64,000 bases of DNA from Gemmatimonadales bacterium (lineage in GTDB: Bacteria; Gemmatimonadota; Gemmatimonadetes; Gemmatimonadales; GWC2-71-9): the NCBI GenBank assembly GCA_037189525.1, contig JBBCJC010000001.1, positions 576,001 through 640,000 of the forward strand, read 5' to 3'. Within the stretch, counting starts at the first letter, position 1. Each line of letters starts with the position of its first letter. Below the pieces are notes generated by a model. That model worked only from the letters and a program-made list of their open reading frames with translations. It searched no databases and was not told the origin of the DNA. This document shows, one piece after another, positions 9,926-19,103 of this stretch. The translations under genes and the position numbers were made by a program.

Positions 9926-10653
9926 CGTCCGTACTCCCGCGCCAGGGCGTCCGGATCGAGGACACCCGTGTACAATGCCATGCCGATGACCGCCCGGGAT
10001 GCCCCGGCAGCAGCCAACGACGCGATGTCATCCAGATTCCGAATCCCGCCCGATGCCTGAACCGCAAGCTGCGTATCAGCGGCGACCGCCCGGGTCAGCT
10101 CGAGATCAGGCCCTTCGAGCCGCCCCTCGAGATGGACCGCCGTGACCAGCACCCCGGCCAGCGGCAACCGGTCGAGAGCTCCCAGCACCTCGCCGATCTG
10201 CCGTCCCGACCCCAGCGCCCACCCCCGGGTGACCACTTCCCGTCCATGGACATCCGCCGCCACCACGATCCGGCCGGGCCAGCGATGCGCCTGATCCGCA
10301 AGCCAGGCATGATCCTCGATGGCCTTGGTGCCCACGACGACGCGATCGACACCTAACGACAAGGTCGCTTCGATCCGGTCCGCCGACCGCATTCCGCCAC
10401 CGACCTGCAGCAATACCGGACGGGATGCGTCCCGGCCCACCGCGCTGACAATGGCCGCAATGACCGAAGCATTGTCGCCCCGCCCAGTCGCCGCGTCCAG
10501 GTCGACGATATGCAGTTCGCCGAACCCGCGTGCCTGCCACCCCAACGCTACGCCGGCCGGATCGGGAAGCCGGACGCGCTCCGCATCGTACGCCCCCCCG
10601 ACCAGCTGGACACACGCCCCCTCCCGCAGATCGACCGCCGGCACCGCAATCAT
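9922..10653 (-). CDS. hisA: ProFAR isomerase
   Basis: PAVDL..GACVQL, HIVDLDAA, QVGGGMR, ASGGI; ATG at 10653 overlaps the hisH stop. Confidence 0.95.
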   Translation of the reverse strand: MIAVPAVDLREGACVQLVGGAYDAERVRLPDPAGVALGWQARGFGELHIVDLDAATGRGDNASVIAAIVSAVGRDASRPVLLQVGGGMRSADRIEATLSLGVDRVVVGTKAIEDHAWLADQAHRWPGRIVVAADVHGREVVTRGWALGSGRQIGEVLGALDRLPLAGVLVTAVHLEGRLEGPDLELTRAVAADTQLAVQASGGIRNLDDIASLAAAGASRAVIGMALYTGVLDPDALAREYGR

Positions 10654-11240
10654 ACCCGCACCTCGGCGAGAAATGCCGCGATGACCTGGAGACCCGGACT
10701 CGAACTTTTCTCGGGGTGAAACTGGATGCCCAGAGTACGACCTCGGCGCACCGCCGCCGGAAATCGATCGCCCTCGTACCGGCTCCACGCCACTACCGCA
10801 CCCGGATCGGTCGGCCGCCCGACGAAGCTGTTGGCATAGTACCCGTGAGTAATGGCCATCAAGCTCGGCTCGCGCGCCTCCTCGATCAGATTCCAGCCAA
10901 TCTGCGGCAGCCGAGTCGCCGCGATGCGGGTCACCCGCCCGTCGACCACGCCGAGCCCCGCTCCTTCTCCCTCGTCCGACCCATCGAACAGGAGTTGGAG
11001 ACCCAAACAGATGCCCAGACACGGCAATCCGCCTAACAGTGCCTGGCGCATGACCTCCCGCCCTGGCGCAAGCCGCGCAGCCGCCGGTTCGAAGGCTCCG
11101 ACTCCGGGCAGCACCAGGACGTCGGTTTCGACCGCGCGGGCTGGATCGACTTCGACGGTCGGCTCCACACCGGCAGCCGCGATGGCCTTCATCAGCGAGT
11201 GGAGGTTACCGGCTCCATAATCGAACAGCGTGACCTTCAT
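10650..11240 (-). CDS. hisH: Imidazole glycerol phosphate synthase glutaminase subunit
   Basis: DYGAGNLHS, LPGVGAF, GICLGLQ, QFHPEKS. Confidence 0.97.
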   Translation of the reverse strand: MKVTLFDYGAGNLHSLMKAIAAAGVEPTVEVDPARAVETDVLVLPGVGAFEPAAARLAPGREVMRQALLGGLPCLGICLGLQLLFDGSDEGEGAGLGVVDGRVTRIAATRLPQIGWNLIEEAREPSLMAITHGYYANSFVGRPTDPGAVVAWSRYEGDRFPAAVRRGRTLGIQFHPEKSSSPGLQVIAAFLAEVRV

Positions 11241-12283
11241 GCCCGAATCTCTCGAATCACCTCGAGGAATCGCTCCATCATCGGCTCAGGCCCGATCGAA
11301 ACCCGGATCAGGTTGCCCACCACCGGCGCATCGACGAACGGACGGACGCCGATACCACGATCGGCCATCAGCTCGACCACGCCCTTGGGGTCCTCGACCG
11401 GGATCGAGAGGAAGTTGGTATCGGTCTCTGGAACCTCGAATCGCAGCGCGAGCAGGCGCTGCCGTACTCCTTCGCGCACCTTGCGGGTCGTCGCCACCAG
11501 CTCGTCGAGCCAGGCTCCATCGTGGTCGAGCGCCGCCGTGGCCGCCAGCTCCGCTACGGCACTGACCTTGTAGGGGCCGCGCGCCTTCTCGATCTCATAG
11601 ATGAGACCGGGCGACGCAACCGCATAGCCGATCCGAAGCCCCGCCAGACCCCACGCTTTGGAAAAGGTTCGGGTGACCACCACGTTGGCCCGCCCCGCCG
11701 CTTCCTGCGCCCAGCTTCCGCCGGTGTACTCGGTGTAGGCCTCGTCGAGCATCACGATTCCCGGCGCGCGATCCATCAACGCACGCACCGCGTCGGCCGA
11801 GGCAGCTTGGCCGCTCGGGTTGTTCGGCGTGGCGACGTAGATGATGGGCGCCTTGGTGGCCAGCAATGCTTCGACATCGGGCTGCCCATTAGGGTTGGTC
11901 GGCACCGGAACCGGCACCAGCGAATTGGACGCCGCGAAGTGCGACCCCATCACGAACGTCGGCGACACGTGCGCCAGCGTACTGCCCGGTACGCCGAGTG
12001 CGCGCATGGTGGAGTCGAGCAGATCGTTGGACCCGCACCCCGGCAACACTGCGTCTGCGGGAACACCGAGCCAGCGGGCCAGGCTCTCCCGGAGCTGCTG
12101 CGTGGCCAGCGTCGGATAGGACGCTGGGCTTCGGGTCGACCACTGCGCCAGCGACGCCAATGCCGACGGCGCCGAGCCGAAGAGATTGGTGTTGTCGGCC
12201 AGATTGATCTCGACCGGACGGGCTTCACGCCGGTAGACCTCGAGCGCCTGGTATCCCGGGCGCGGCTCCACAGTTTTCGTCAT
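11237..12283 (-). CDS. hisC: Histidinol-phosphate aminotransferase
   Basis: PNNPSG, DEAY, RTFSKAWGLAGLRIGY; operon context. Confidence 0.93.
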   Translation of the reverse strand: MTKTVEPRPGYQALEVYRREARPVEINLADNTNLFGSAPSALASLAQWSTRSPASYPTLATQQLRESLARWLGVPADAVLPGCGSNDLLDSTMRALGVPGSTLAHVSPTFVMGSHFAASNSLVPVPVPTNPNGQPDVEALLATKAPIIYVATPNNPSGQAASADAVRALMDRAPGIVMLDEAYTEYTGGSWAQEAAGRANVVVTRTFSKAWGLAGLRIGYAVASPGLIYEIEKARGPYKVSAVAELAATAALDHDGAWLDELVATTRKVREGVRQRLLALRFEVPETDTNFLSIPVEDPKGVVELMADRGIGVRPFVDAPVVGNLIRVSIGPEPMMERFLEVIREIRA

Positions 12284-12319
12284 CGTCCGCTCGCTTGATC
12301 GTATCGTGCCAAACGCATC

Positions 12320-13624
12320 TCACTTCGTCCCACGGAGTGCCGCGGCCCTCGCGTGACCAGGCAGCCCCTCTGCCAACGCCAGCGTCGTCGTATCGTCCGT
12401 CAGCCGCGCAGCTGCTTCGGGCGACACCGTCTGGTAACTGGTCCATCGCATGAAATCTTCCGGACCCAGCCCTGAATAGCTGCGCCCCAGCCCGGCGGTC
12501 GGCAGGACGTGATTACCGCCCGTCAGATAGTCCCCGAATGCCACCGAGCTGGCCGAGCCGATGAAAACCGCGCCGGCCACGGTGAAGCGATCGCGAGCAC
12601 GCTCCGCACCGTCAAAGGCCAGCAGGAGATGCTCGGCCGCAAAGTCGTTGGCAAAATCGACCGCCTGATCCAGCGTATCCACGGTGAGAATGCCTCCGTA
12701 CCCGGCAAGGGCGGCGGTGACGATCTCCCCGCGCGGCGCGGCGGCAACGGCGCGGTCGAGCGCAGCCTCGATCCGGGCGGCGGTGGCCGGAACGCCGACG
12801 ATCACTGCAATCGCCACGGCATCGGGATCGTGTTCCGCCTGCGCCACCAGTTCGGCGGCCACCAGATCGGGATCGGCATCGGCGTCGGCTACCACCAGGA
12901 TTTCACTCGGTCCGGCGGGGCCATCGATGCCGACCCGGTTGGAGACCTGGAGCTTGGCTTCCATAACATACGCGTTGCCGGGCCCGACGATCCGATCGAC
13001 CCGTGGTACGGAGGCGGTGCCGTACGCCAGCGCAGCTATCGCTTGCGCGCCGCCCAGCGCAAAGACCCGATCGGCGCCCGCCAGCAGGCAGGCCGCCAGG
13101 ATCGGATCCGCCGGAGCGCCGTTAGGTCCGGCCGGGGAGGTCACGATGACCTCTCCGACGCCGGCGACCTTGGCCGGCACCACCCCCATCAGCACCGAAC
13201 TCGGGTAGACGGCCCGTCCGCCAGGTACGTAGACGCCGACCCGCGCCAGCGGAAACGGCCTACGCTCGAGCACCACTCCCGGTTCGGTTTCCACGATGGC
13301 GCCGGTCGGAAGCCAGGCCCGATGCGAGGTCGCGAGGTTGGCTGCCGCGCGTTCGAGCCCCCGACGTACCCCGACGTCGATCCGGTCGAGCGCCCGAGCC
13401 CAGGCGGTGCGCGGTACTTCGAGGGCATCGAGCTCGGCGCGATCGAAACGCCGCGTCAACTCACGTAACGCCACATCGCCACGGGTGCGTACGTCGTCGA
13501 TGATGGCCGAAACCGCGTCGCGCACCGCCGAGGCGTCGGCCACCGCGCGATCACGCAATGCGCGCCTGGCGCCGGCATCCAGGTCATCGAGCCGCCCGCG
13601 GAACCGCAACCCGATCGGACTCAC
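12320..13624 (-). CDS. hisD: Histidinol dehydrogenase
   Basis: GVYVPGG, GGAQAIAALAYG, GPGNAYV, AGPSE, QAEH, GDY..GGNHVLPT; GTG at 13624 overlaps the hisG stop. Confidence 0.96.
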   Translation of the reverse strand: MSPIGLRFRGRLDDLDAGARRALRDRAVADASAVRDAVSAIIDDVRTRGDVALRELTRRFDRAELDALEVPRTAWARALDRIDVGVRRGLERAAANLATSHRAWLPTGAIVETEPGVVLERRPFPLARVGVYVPGGRAVYPSSVLMGVVPAKVAGVGEVIVTSPAGPNGAPADPILAACLLAGADRVFALGGAQAIAALAYGTASVPRVDRIVGPGNAYVMEAKLQVSNRVGIDGPAGPSEILVVADADADPDLVAAELVAQAEHDPDAVAIAVIVGVPATAARIEAALDRAVAAAPRGEIVTAALAGYGGILTVDTLDQAVDFANDFAAEHLLLAFDGAERARDRFTVAGAVFIGSASSVAFGDYLTGGNHVLPTAGLGRSYSGLGPEDFMRWTSYQTVSPEAAARLTDDTTTLALAEGLPGHARAAALRGTK

Positions 13625-14478
13625 GGCATCAGCCTTTCGATCCGAGTCACCAGAATTCCTTCGGCCCCCAGCGCCTTGAGCTCCGCGATGATTCGGTCGA
13701 CCGACTTGGCCGGCACCACTGCGTGAACCGCGACATGCAAGCCACCGTTGAGCAAGTCGATCACCGTCGGACCGTTGATCCCCGGCACCACCTGCTTGAC
13801 CTGATCGAGCACCGTCCTCGGCACGTTGGCCATCAGGTAGCGCTGCCCCCGCGCACGCACCACCGACTCGAGGCGTACCACCAGCCGGTCGATGGCCACC
13901 TTGGATTCGGCCGGGAGGTTGCGTCCGGCAATCAGGCGGGCGCTCGAATCGATGATGGTGACAACCTCGCGGAGACCATTCACTTTGAGGGTCGACCCGG
14001 TCGACACTAGATCGACGATCAGGTCTGCGATCCCCACGTGCGGCGCGATTTCGGTGGCCCCCGACACCGGAACCAGCGTCACCTCGCAGCCGGCCCGTTC
14101 GAAAAATCGCGCCGCAATGCCGGGAAAGACCGTCGCTACCCGCGCACCGCGGGGAATGTCGTCGACCGTGGCAATGCCGCTTTCCTCCCTTGCCGCCACC
14201 ACGATCCGACATTTTCCAAAGCCGAGATCCAGCCGGTCATCCAGCTCACGAGCCGACTCGGCCACCAGGTCCATTCCGGTAATGCCGGCCTGCGCCGCGC
14301 CGTCCGCGACGAACTCCGGGATATCCTGCGATCGAACGAAAATGGCCTGGTACTCGTCGCCCAGCGTGGCAATCAACGCGCGGTCGCTCTGGAGGCGGAC
14401 GCCAAGCCCCGCGTCCTCGAGCAGCTCGCGGGCATCGTCGGCCAGCCGGCCCTTGTTCGGTAAGGCGATCTTGATCAT
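13621..14478 (-). CDS. hisG: ATP phosphoribosyltransferase, long form
   Basis: IALPNKGRL, DIPEFV, GITGMD, ATVFP, GATEIAP, DLVSTGSTL; C-terminal regulatory domain present. Confidence 0.97.
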   Translation of the reverse strand: MIKIALPNKGRLADDARELLEDAGLGVRLQSDRALIATLGDEYQAIFVRSQDIPEFVADGAAQAGITGMDLVAESARELDDRLDLGFGKCRIVVAAREESGIATVDDIPRGARVATVFPGIAARFFERAGCEVTLVPVSGATEIAPHVGIADLIVDLVSTGSTLKVNGLREVVTIIDSSARLIAGRNLPAESKVAIDRLVVRLESVVRARGQRYLMANVPRTVLDQVKQVVPGINGPTVIDLLNGGLHVAVHAVVPAKSVDRIIAELKALGAEGILVTRIERLMP

Positions 14479-14508
14479 TCAAAACCCTCGACATCCGTGT
14501 TGCCGCCA

Positions 14509-14535
14509 ATAAAAAAGCCCGCCAAAGGACGGGCC
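14509..14535 (-). terminator. Intrinsic terminator of the his attenuator
   Basis: Minus strand GGCCCGUC-CUUU-GGCGGGCU followed by UUUUUAUU, about 30 nt before hisG. Confidence 0.85.
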
Positions 14536-14567
14536 GCGGGCTGCTCGATTGCGCTGTCTGGCGTCTG

Positions 14568-14654
14568 CTAGGCGACGACCACGAGCGCAGAGCACATCCC
14601 GGCCCGAGAGCCGTGATGATGATGCGCGTGATGGTGGCCACGAATTGCAGACAT
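14568..14654 (-). CDS. hisL: his operon leader peptide (28 aa)
   Basis: MSAIRGHHHAHHHHGSRAGMCSALVVVA*; 7 His codons; upstream of the terminator and hisG. Confidence 0.85.
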   Translation of the reverse strand: MSAIRGHHHAHHHHGSRAGMCSALVVVA

Positions 14655-14660
14655 CCTTAA

Positions 14661-14689
14661 TGACTACGGGAGCGGTGTCGCCCTGTCAA
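14661..14689 (-). promoter_or_regulatory. Putative sigma70 promoter of the his operon
   Basis: TTGACA (14689-14684), 17 nt, TAGTCA(T), then 6 nt to the leader ATG. Confidence 0.6.
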
Positions 14690-15357
14690 GCACCTCGCGG
14701 CCTGGTCCGACCCCTACCGGCCGGCCTTGGCGACTCGCCGTCGGCACATGCCTGGAGCATCGGCGCCAACGCCGCAATCAGCCGTTCCGCATCCGCGTGA
14801 CTCAGGGCCTCGGTTCGGACCACCTGCCTGAGAGCATGCACTCCGGCAAAGCAGGCAAAGACCAACTCGGCCCGGAGCGCCGCATCGGGACCGCCGAGCC
14901 AGGCTGCAAGCCGTGGTACGGCGTCCTGGTCCAGCACCTCGCGCACCATCGCCGACACCGTAGGACTGCCGAGGGAATGCACCACATACGAAACGTTGCC
15001 CGGCGCGGGTGATTCCACGGTGGTCTCCCCAACTCGCGGCTCAGCGTCGCCGTAGACGATGATCCGGGCAACCGCCTCACCGAAGCGCTCCCGATTCCCC
15101 AGAAGTCGCTCGAAAAAGTAGGGCTTGCCGCTATTCAGGACCTCGCGGAAGAGCTGCTCCTTGGTGCCAAAGTAGCGGTTGACCAGGGCGGCTGTGGCGC
15201 CGGCGGCCGTGGCGATGTCGCGCAGCCCGACGTGCTCATACGCCCGGGTCGCGAACAGGTCGCGAGCGGCCTCCAGGATGGCCAGCCTGGTGGCTTCCCC
15301 TCCTCCCCGCACCCCTCGCCGACCGCGGCCGGTGGCGGGCGATTTCTCGGTAGACAT
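14686..15357 (-). CDS. TetR/AcrR family transcriptional regulator
   Basis: ILEAARDLF..AY..VGLRDIA.AAG...ALVNRYFGTKEQLF helix-turn-helix. Confidence 0.92.
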   Translation of the reverse strand: MSTEKSPATGRGRRGVRGGGEATRLAILEAARDLFATRAYEHVGLRDIATAAGATAALVNRYFGTKEQLFREVLNSGKPYFFERLLGNRERFGEAVARIIVYGDAEPRVGETTVESPAPGNVSYVVHSLGSPTVSAMVREVLDQDAVPRLAAWLGGPDAALRAELVFACFAGVHALRQVVRTEALSHADAERLIAALAPMLQACADGESPRPAGRGRTRPRGA

Positions 15358-15364
15358 TCAAAAG

Positions 15365-15434
15365 GTATACAAGTGTTGACAAATCAGCGCAAGTTCAATA
15401 TCGTATACAGTAGTTTACATAAACAGACGTAGAC
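15365..15434. promoter_or_regulatory. Three TetR-type operator palindromes and the SDR promoter
   Basis: GTATAC-N4-GTTGAC (15365-15380), GTATAC-N4-GTTTAC (15403-15418), ATAAAC-N4-GTAGAC (15419-15434); TTGACA at 15376, 17 nt, TATCGT at 15399. Confidence 0.7.
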
Positions 15435-15457
15435 AAAATCAGCCGGGAGACAACACA

Positions 15458-16207
15458 ATGAAAACGGTCCTGATTACGGGTTCTTCCTCGGGATATGGCC
15501 TCGAAACTGCCCGCCACTTCCTGGCGCACGGCTGGCACGTCGTGGCGACGATGCGCACGCCCCGCCCCAATCTTTTTTCGCCATCGGACCGAGTCGAAGT
15601 CCTACCGCTCGACGTCACGAAGCCGGAGAGTATCGTCGCCGCGCTGACTGCTGCAGGACCGATCGATGTCCTGGTCAACAACGCCGGTATCGGTGTCATC
15701 GGCGTTTTCGAGGTCACTCCAATGGCCACGGTACGAGAGGTCTTCGAAACCAACACCTTCGGCGCGATGACGATGACACAGGCCGTGCTGCCCCAGTTTC
15801 GTGAGCGGCGATCGGGTGTGGTGGTGAATGTGACCTCGAGCGTGACGCTGGCGCCGCATCCGTTGGCCGCAGCCTATACGGCGAGCAAGACAGCAATCGA
15901 AGGGTTTACGGGCTCGCTGGCACATGAGCTGGCGAACTTCGGTGTGCGCGTCAAGCTGGTGGAGCCGGGTTATGCTCCGACCACGCGGTTCACCGACAAC
16001 GGGCAGGCACGCATGGCAGGGCTGTTTCCGGAAACCTATGCGGCCTTCACAGCCCCGATCATGGAGGCTTTTGCACAGGTAACGACTTTCACGAGCGAGT
16101 CTGACGTGGCTGAAGCTTTGTATCGGGCCACGAACGATACGACGGAGCAGCTTCGATTCCCGGCAGGTCCGGATGCGGTCGCGCTGATGGAAGCTGTGTC
16201 CCGCTGA
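15458..16207 (+). CDS. Short-chain dehydrogenase/reductase
   Basis: TGSSSGYG, LVNNAG, YTASK. Confidence 0.93.
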   Translation: MKTVLITGSSSGYGLETARHFLAHGWHVVATMRTPRPNLFSPSDRVEVLPLDVTKPESIVAALTAAGPIDVLVNNAGIGVIGVFEVTPMATVREVFETNTFGAMTMTQAVLPQFRERRSGVVVNVTSSVTLAPHPLAAAYTASKTAIEGFTGSLAHELANFGVRVKLVEPGYAPTTRFTDNGQARMAGLFPETYAAFTAPIMEAFAQVTTFTSESDVAEALYRATNDTTEQLRFPAGPDAVALMEAVSR

Positions 16208-16228
16208 CGAGCGATCACCGCGGCAGGA

Positions 16229-16681
16229 TCACGCCTCGGTCAGGTCACGGATGTGGCGAATGACCCTCGCCTGACCCGCCTTGTTCCGAGTTGCAAGGAA
16301 GATGGTGTCGTCGCCGGAGATGTTGCCCAGGACATCCGGCCAGGCCAGGCGGTCGATGGCGATTCCGACCCGATTTGCTTCCCCCGGCGGAGTGTGGATG
16401 ACGATCAGCACATCGCCGGCGGGATTGTAGGCCAGCACCCCTTCGACGATGCGCTGCTCGTCCTGATCGAGCCGAGGCGGGCGGGTCACCGCGGGCCGAT
16501 GATAGACGCCATCGACCTTGACGAGGTTGAGCGCCGAGATGTCGCGGCTGACCGACGACTGCGTCACATCCCATCCCTCGCGAGCCAGCGCGTCGGCCAG
16601 TTCTTCCTGGGTCCGGATCGCGTGAGTCTCGATCAACTCGAGGATCTTGAGATGACGCTGGCGCCGGTCGCCGCGGATCAT
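16229..16681 (-). CDS. argR: Arginine repressor
   Basis: TQEELA..L...G..VTQSSVSRD, ISGDDTIF; TGATG overlap with argH. Confidence 0.93.
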   Translation of the reverse strand: MIRGDRRQRHLKILELIETHAIRTQEELADALAREGWDVTQSSVSRDISALNLVKVDGVYHRPAVTRPPRLDQDEQRIVEGVLAYNPAGDVLIVIHTPPGEANRVGIAIDRLAWPDVLGNISGDDTIFLATRNKAGQARVIRHIRDLTEA

Positions 16682-18042
16682 CAGGCCCTCCCGACCAGCG
16701 CGCCGATGGCCTTGACGAAGCGGCGCCGCTCGGCGGCATTCCACTCCGCCACCTGCGCAAGCTGTTTCCGAGGCACGGCGAGCTCGAGCCGGCCCAGCCC
16801 GCCGGTCGAGCGGCGCCGCGCGACGATTTCCTTGATCGTCGGCGCGGGTAGCGCCTCGCCCTGCTTGATGGCCGCCGCCACCTCCCGATAGGCCTGGCGA
16901 AAGGGGGTGCCCCGCTCCACCCGGCGCATCACCTCGTCGGTGGCGAGCACGCCCCCTTCGAGCATCTCGAGTCCGCGCTCGCGATTGACGCCGAGCGCCG
17001 GGACCACCTGCGCCATCATGGCCAGCATCTCTTCGGTACGCGACAGCCCCCGGATCAGCGGCTCTTTGAGCAGCTGGAAATCCCGATGATAGCCGCTGGT
17101 CAGCTTGCCGCGCAGGGCCAGCGTGGCCGACAGGTCGCCTTCCAGCGCGGCGGCCCGCCCCCGCGTGAGCTCAAAGACATCCGGGTTCCGCTTGTGCGGC
17201 ATGATGCTCGACCCGGTGGCAAAGGCCGCGGGCAACTCGAGCACGCCGAACTCCTCGCCGCTCAGCAGGATGACATCGGTGGCGAGCTTGGACAGGTCGT
17301 GTCCCAGCTGAACACACCAGAACAGCACCGCAGCCTCGAGTTTGCCGCGGCCATTCTGCACCTGGGCGACATTGTGCTCGAGTTCGCCGAAGCCTAACGC
17401 TGCCGCCGCCACCTCACGCTGAATCGGCAGCGGCACGCCATACCCCGCGCCGCTTCCGAGCGGCGAGCGATCGACCTGGCGCCAGACCGCCTCGAGCGAC
17501 TGCGCCGTATCGAGCAGGCCGCCGGCCAACGCGCCGGCCCAGAGCCCGGCGCTCGACGGCATGGCGCGTCGCAGATGGGTATAGCCGGGCCAGAGCGCGT
17601 CCTGATGCTCGTCGGCAAAGGTCAGCAACGCTCGGACGAGCTGCAACGTGAGCGAGTGCAGATGCAGCAGCCGGTCCTTGAGGAATAGCCGCACGTCGAC
17701 CGCCACCTGGTCATTGCGCGACCGGCCGGTATGAATCCGCTCGCCCGCGCTGCCCACCCGCCTGGTGACCCACGCTTCGATGGCCGAGTGGGCGTCTTCG
17801 TGCTCTTGCCCGATGACAAGCTTGCCGTCGCGGACGGCTTTGAGCGCCTTGCGCAGCGTGGCCTTGATCTTGTCCCGATCGGCGCGCGAAATCAGCTTCG
17901 ATGCCAGGAGCCCTTCGACGTGGCCCAGGCTGCCGATCACATCCCATTGCAGCAACACCCCGTCCCAATGACGATCATCGCCGACGGTATAGGCGAGCAT
18001 CAGTTCATCCGGCGGCGTTGCCTGCGACCACAGTGTCTTCAT
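16681..18042 (-). CDS. argH: Argininosuccinate lyase
   Basis: HTGRSRNDQ, PGYTHL, GSSIMPHKRNPD, GYHRDFQ. Confidence 0.96.
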   Translation of the reverse strand: MKTLWSQATPPDELMLAYTVGDDRHWDGVLLQWDVIGSLGHVEGLLASKLISRADRDKIKATLRKALKAVRDGKLVIGQEHEDAHSAIEAWVTRRVGSAGERIHTGRSRNDQVAVDVRLFLKDRLLHLHSLTLQLVRALLTFADEHQDALWPGYTHLRRAMPSSAGLWAGALAGGLLDTAQSLEAVWRQVDRSPLGSGAGYGVPLPIQREVAAAALGFGELEHNVAQVQNGRGKLEAAVLFWCVQLGHDLSKLATDVILLSGEEFGVLELPAAFATGSSIMPHKRNPDVFELTRGRAAALEGDLSATLALRGKLTSGYHRDFQLLKEPLIRGLSRTEEMLAMMAQVVPALGVNRERGLEMLEGGVLATDEVMRRVERGTPFRQAYREVAAAIKQGEALPAPTIKEIVARRRSTGGLGRLELAVPRKQLAQVAEWNAAERRRFVKAIGALVGRA

Positions 18043-19103
18043 CGGAGATACTCCTCGGCCAACGCCCGGTAGAATCCGCGCGCGGCAACCACTTCGGGGA
18101 GGTCGACGCTTTCATCCGGGGTGTGCGAGCGGGTGCTAGTGCCAGGCCCGACCTTGACGGCATCGGTGTGTCGGACGAAAACCCAATCGGAACAGGTCGG
18201 GCTGCCGAAGGTCTCGACATCGGGATTGATTCGCCGTGCCGCCTCAAGCAACCGCGACTGCGCCGGCGTTTCGCAGGGCACCAGCCGTTCCGAAGTCACC
18301 ACCACTTCGCAATCGAGCGCCGCACGAAGCGCGTCGGCAATCTCGCCGTGCTCCCACGACGGCGTGCTCCGGATATCCAGCACCGCCTTGGCGGAAGGGG
18401 GCGTGACATTGCGGCTCACCCCGGCCGACATCATGGTGGCCGTTACGGTGGCCCGGCCCAGAATCGGATGGACCCGCTCGCGCAGCAGATCGGGCAGCTT
18501 GACCAGGTCGCGTGCCAATTCGGTGATCGCGTTGGTAAAGCCGCCCTGCGATGCGTAGCCGGCGTGGCGCTGATCGCCCTTGGCAATCAGATCCACCATC
18601 ATCAGGCCGCGCTGGGCGTTGGAGATCCGCAGATTGGTCGGCTCGCCCACGACGGTCGCGTCGATCGGCGGCAGCGTGGCGACCGCGCGCCCCATCGAGG
18701 TGTTACGCGTCTCTTCGCCAAGACCGAATACCACCGCGAGACGGCCGCCAACCTCGTCGCCCCGCCGTTCGGCAAAGTCGAGTGCAGCCATGAACATCGC
18801 CGCGACCGACGCCTTGGCGTCGCCGGAGCCGCGACCATAGAGGAGATCGCCCTCCACGGTCGGAGTGAAGGGATCACGCGTCCATCCTTCACCGGCGGGC
18901 ACCACGTCGAGATGGGAAATGAAAGCGAGGGTCCGGCCCGGTCGCCCCGTCTCGACGATGATCTTGACCCCGGTATCGTCGTTGACGACATCGAGGCCGA
19001 GGGCGCGGGCGCGCCCCTCGACGAAGGTGGCGATCTCCGCTTCGGTCCCGCTCACCGAAGGGATCGCCACCAGTTCCTTCAGAAACTCGACTTCATTCCG
19101 CAA
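18039..19103 (-). CDS. argE: M20 family deacylase; probable N-acyl-citrulline/ornithine deacylase
   Basis: SHLDVV, YGRGSGDAK, GEE, GEPT, SHTPDE; in arg operon with ArgF'. Confidence 0.85.
   Translation of the reverse strand: MRNEVEFLKELVAIPSVSGTEAEIATFVEGRARALGLDVVNDDTGVKIIVETGRPGRTLAFISHLDVVPAGEGWTRDPFTPTVEGDLLYGRGSGDAKASVAAMFMAALDFAERRGDEVGGRLAVVFGLGEETRNTSMGRAVATLPPIDATVVGEPTNLRISNAQRGLMMVDLIAKGDQRHAGYASQGGFTNAITELARDLVKLPDLLRERVHPILGRATVTATMMSAGVSRNVTPPSAKAVLDIRSTPSWEHGEIADALRAALDCEVVVTSERLVPCETPAQSRLLEAARRINPDVETFGSPTCSDWVFVRHTDAVKVGPGTSTRSHTPDESVDLPEVVAARGFYRALAEEYLR

Noticed and set aside
13625..14212. N-terminal extensions in the ORF track for hisD, hisA, argC, argG, the PKS, the methyltransferase, amidohydrolases and serine hydrolases
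   Set aside because: They overlap upstream genes; internal starts with an RBS or stop/start coupling fit the family lengths, so these are not fusions.
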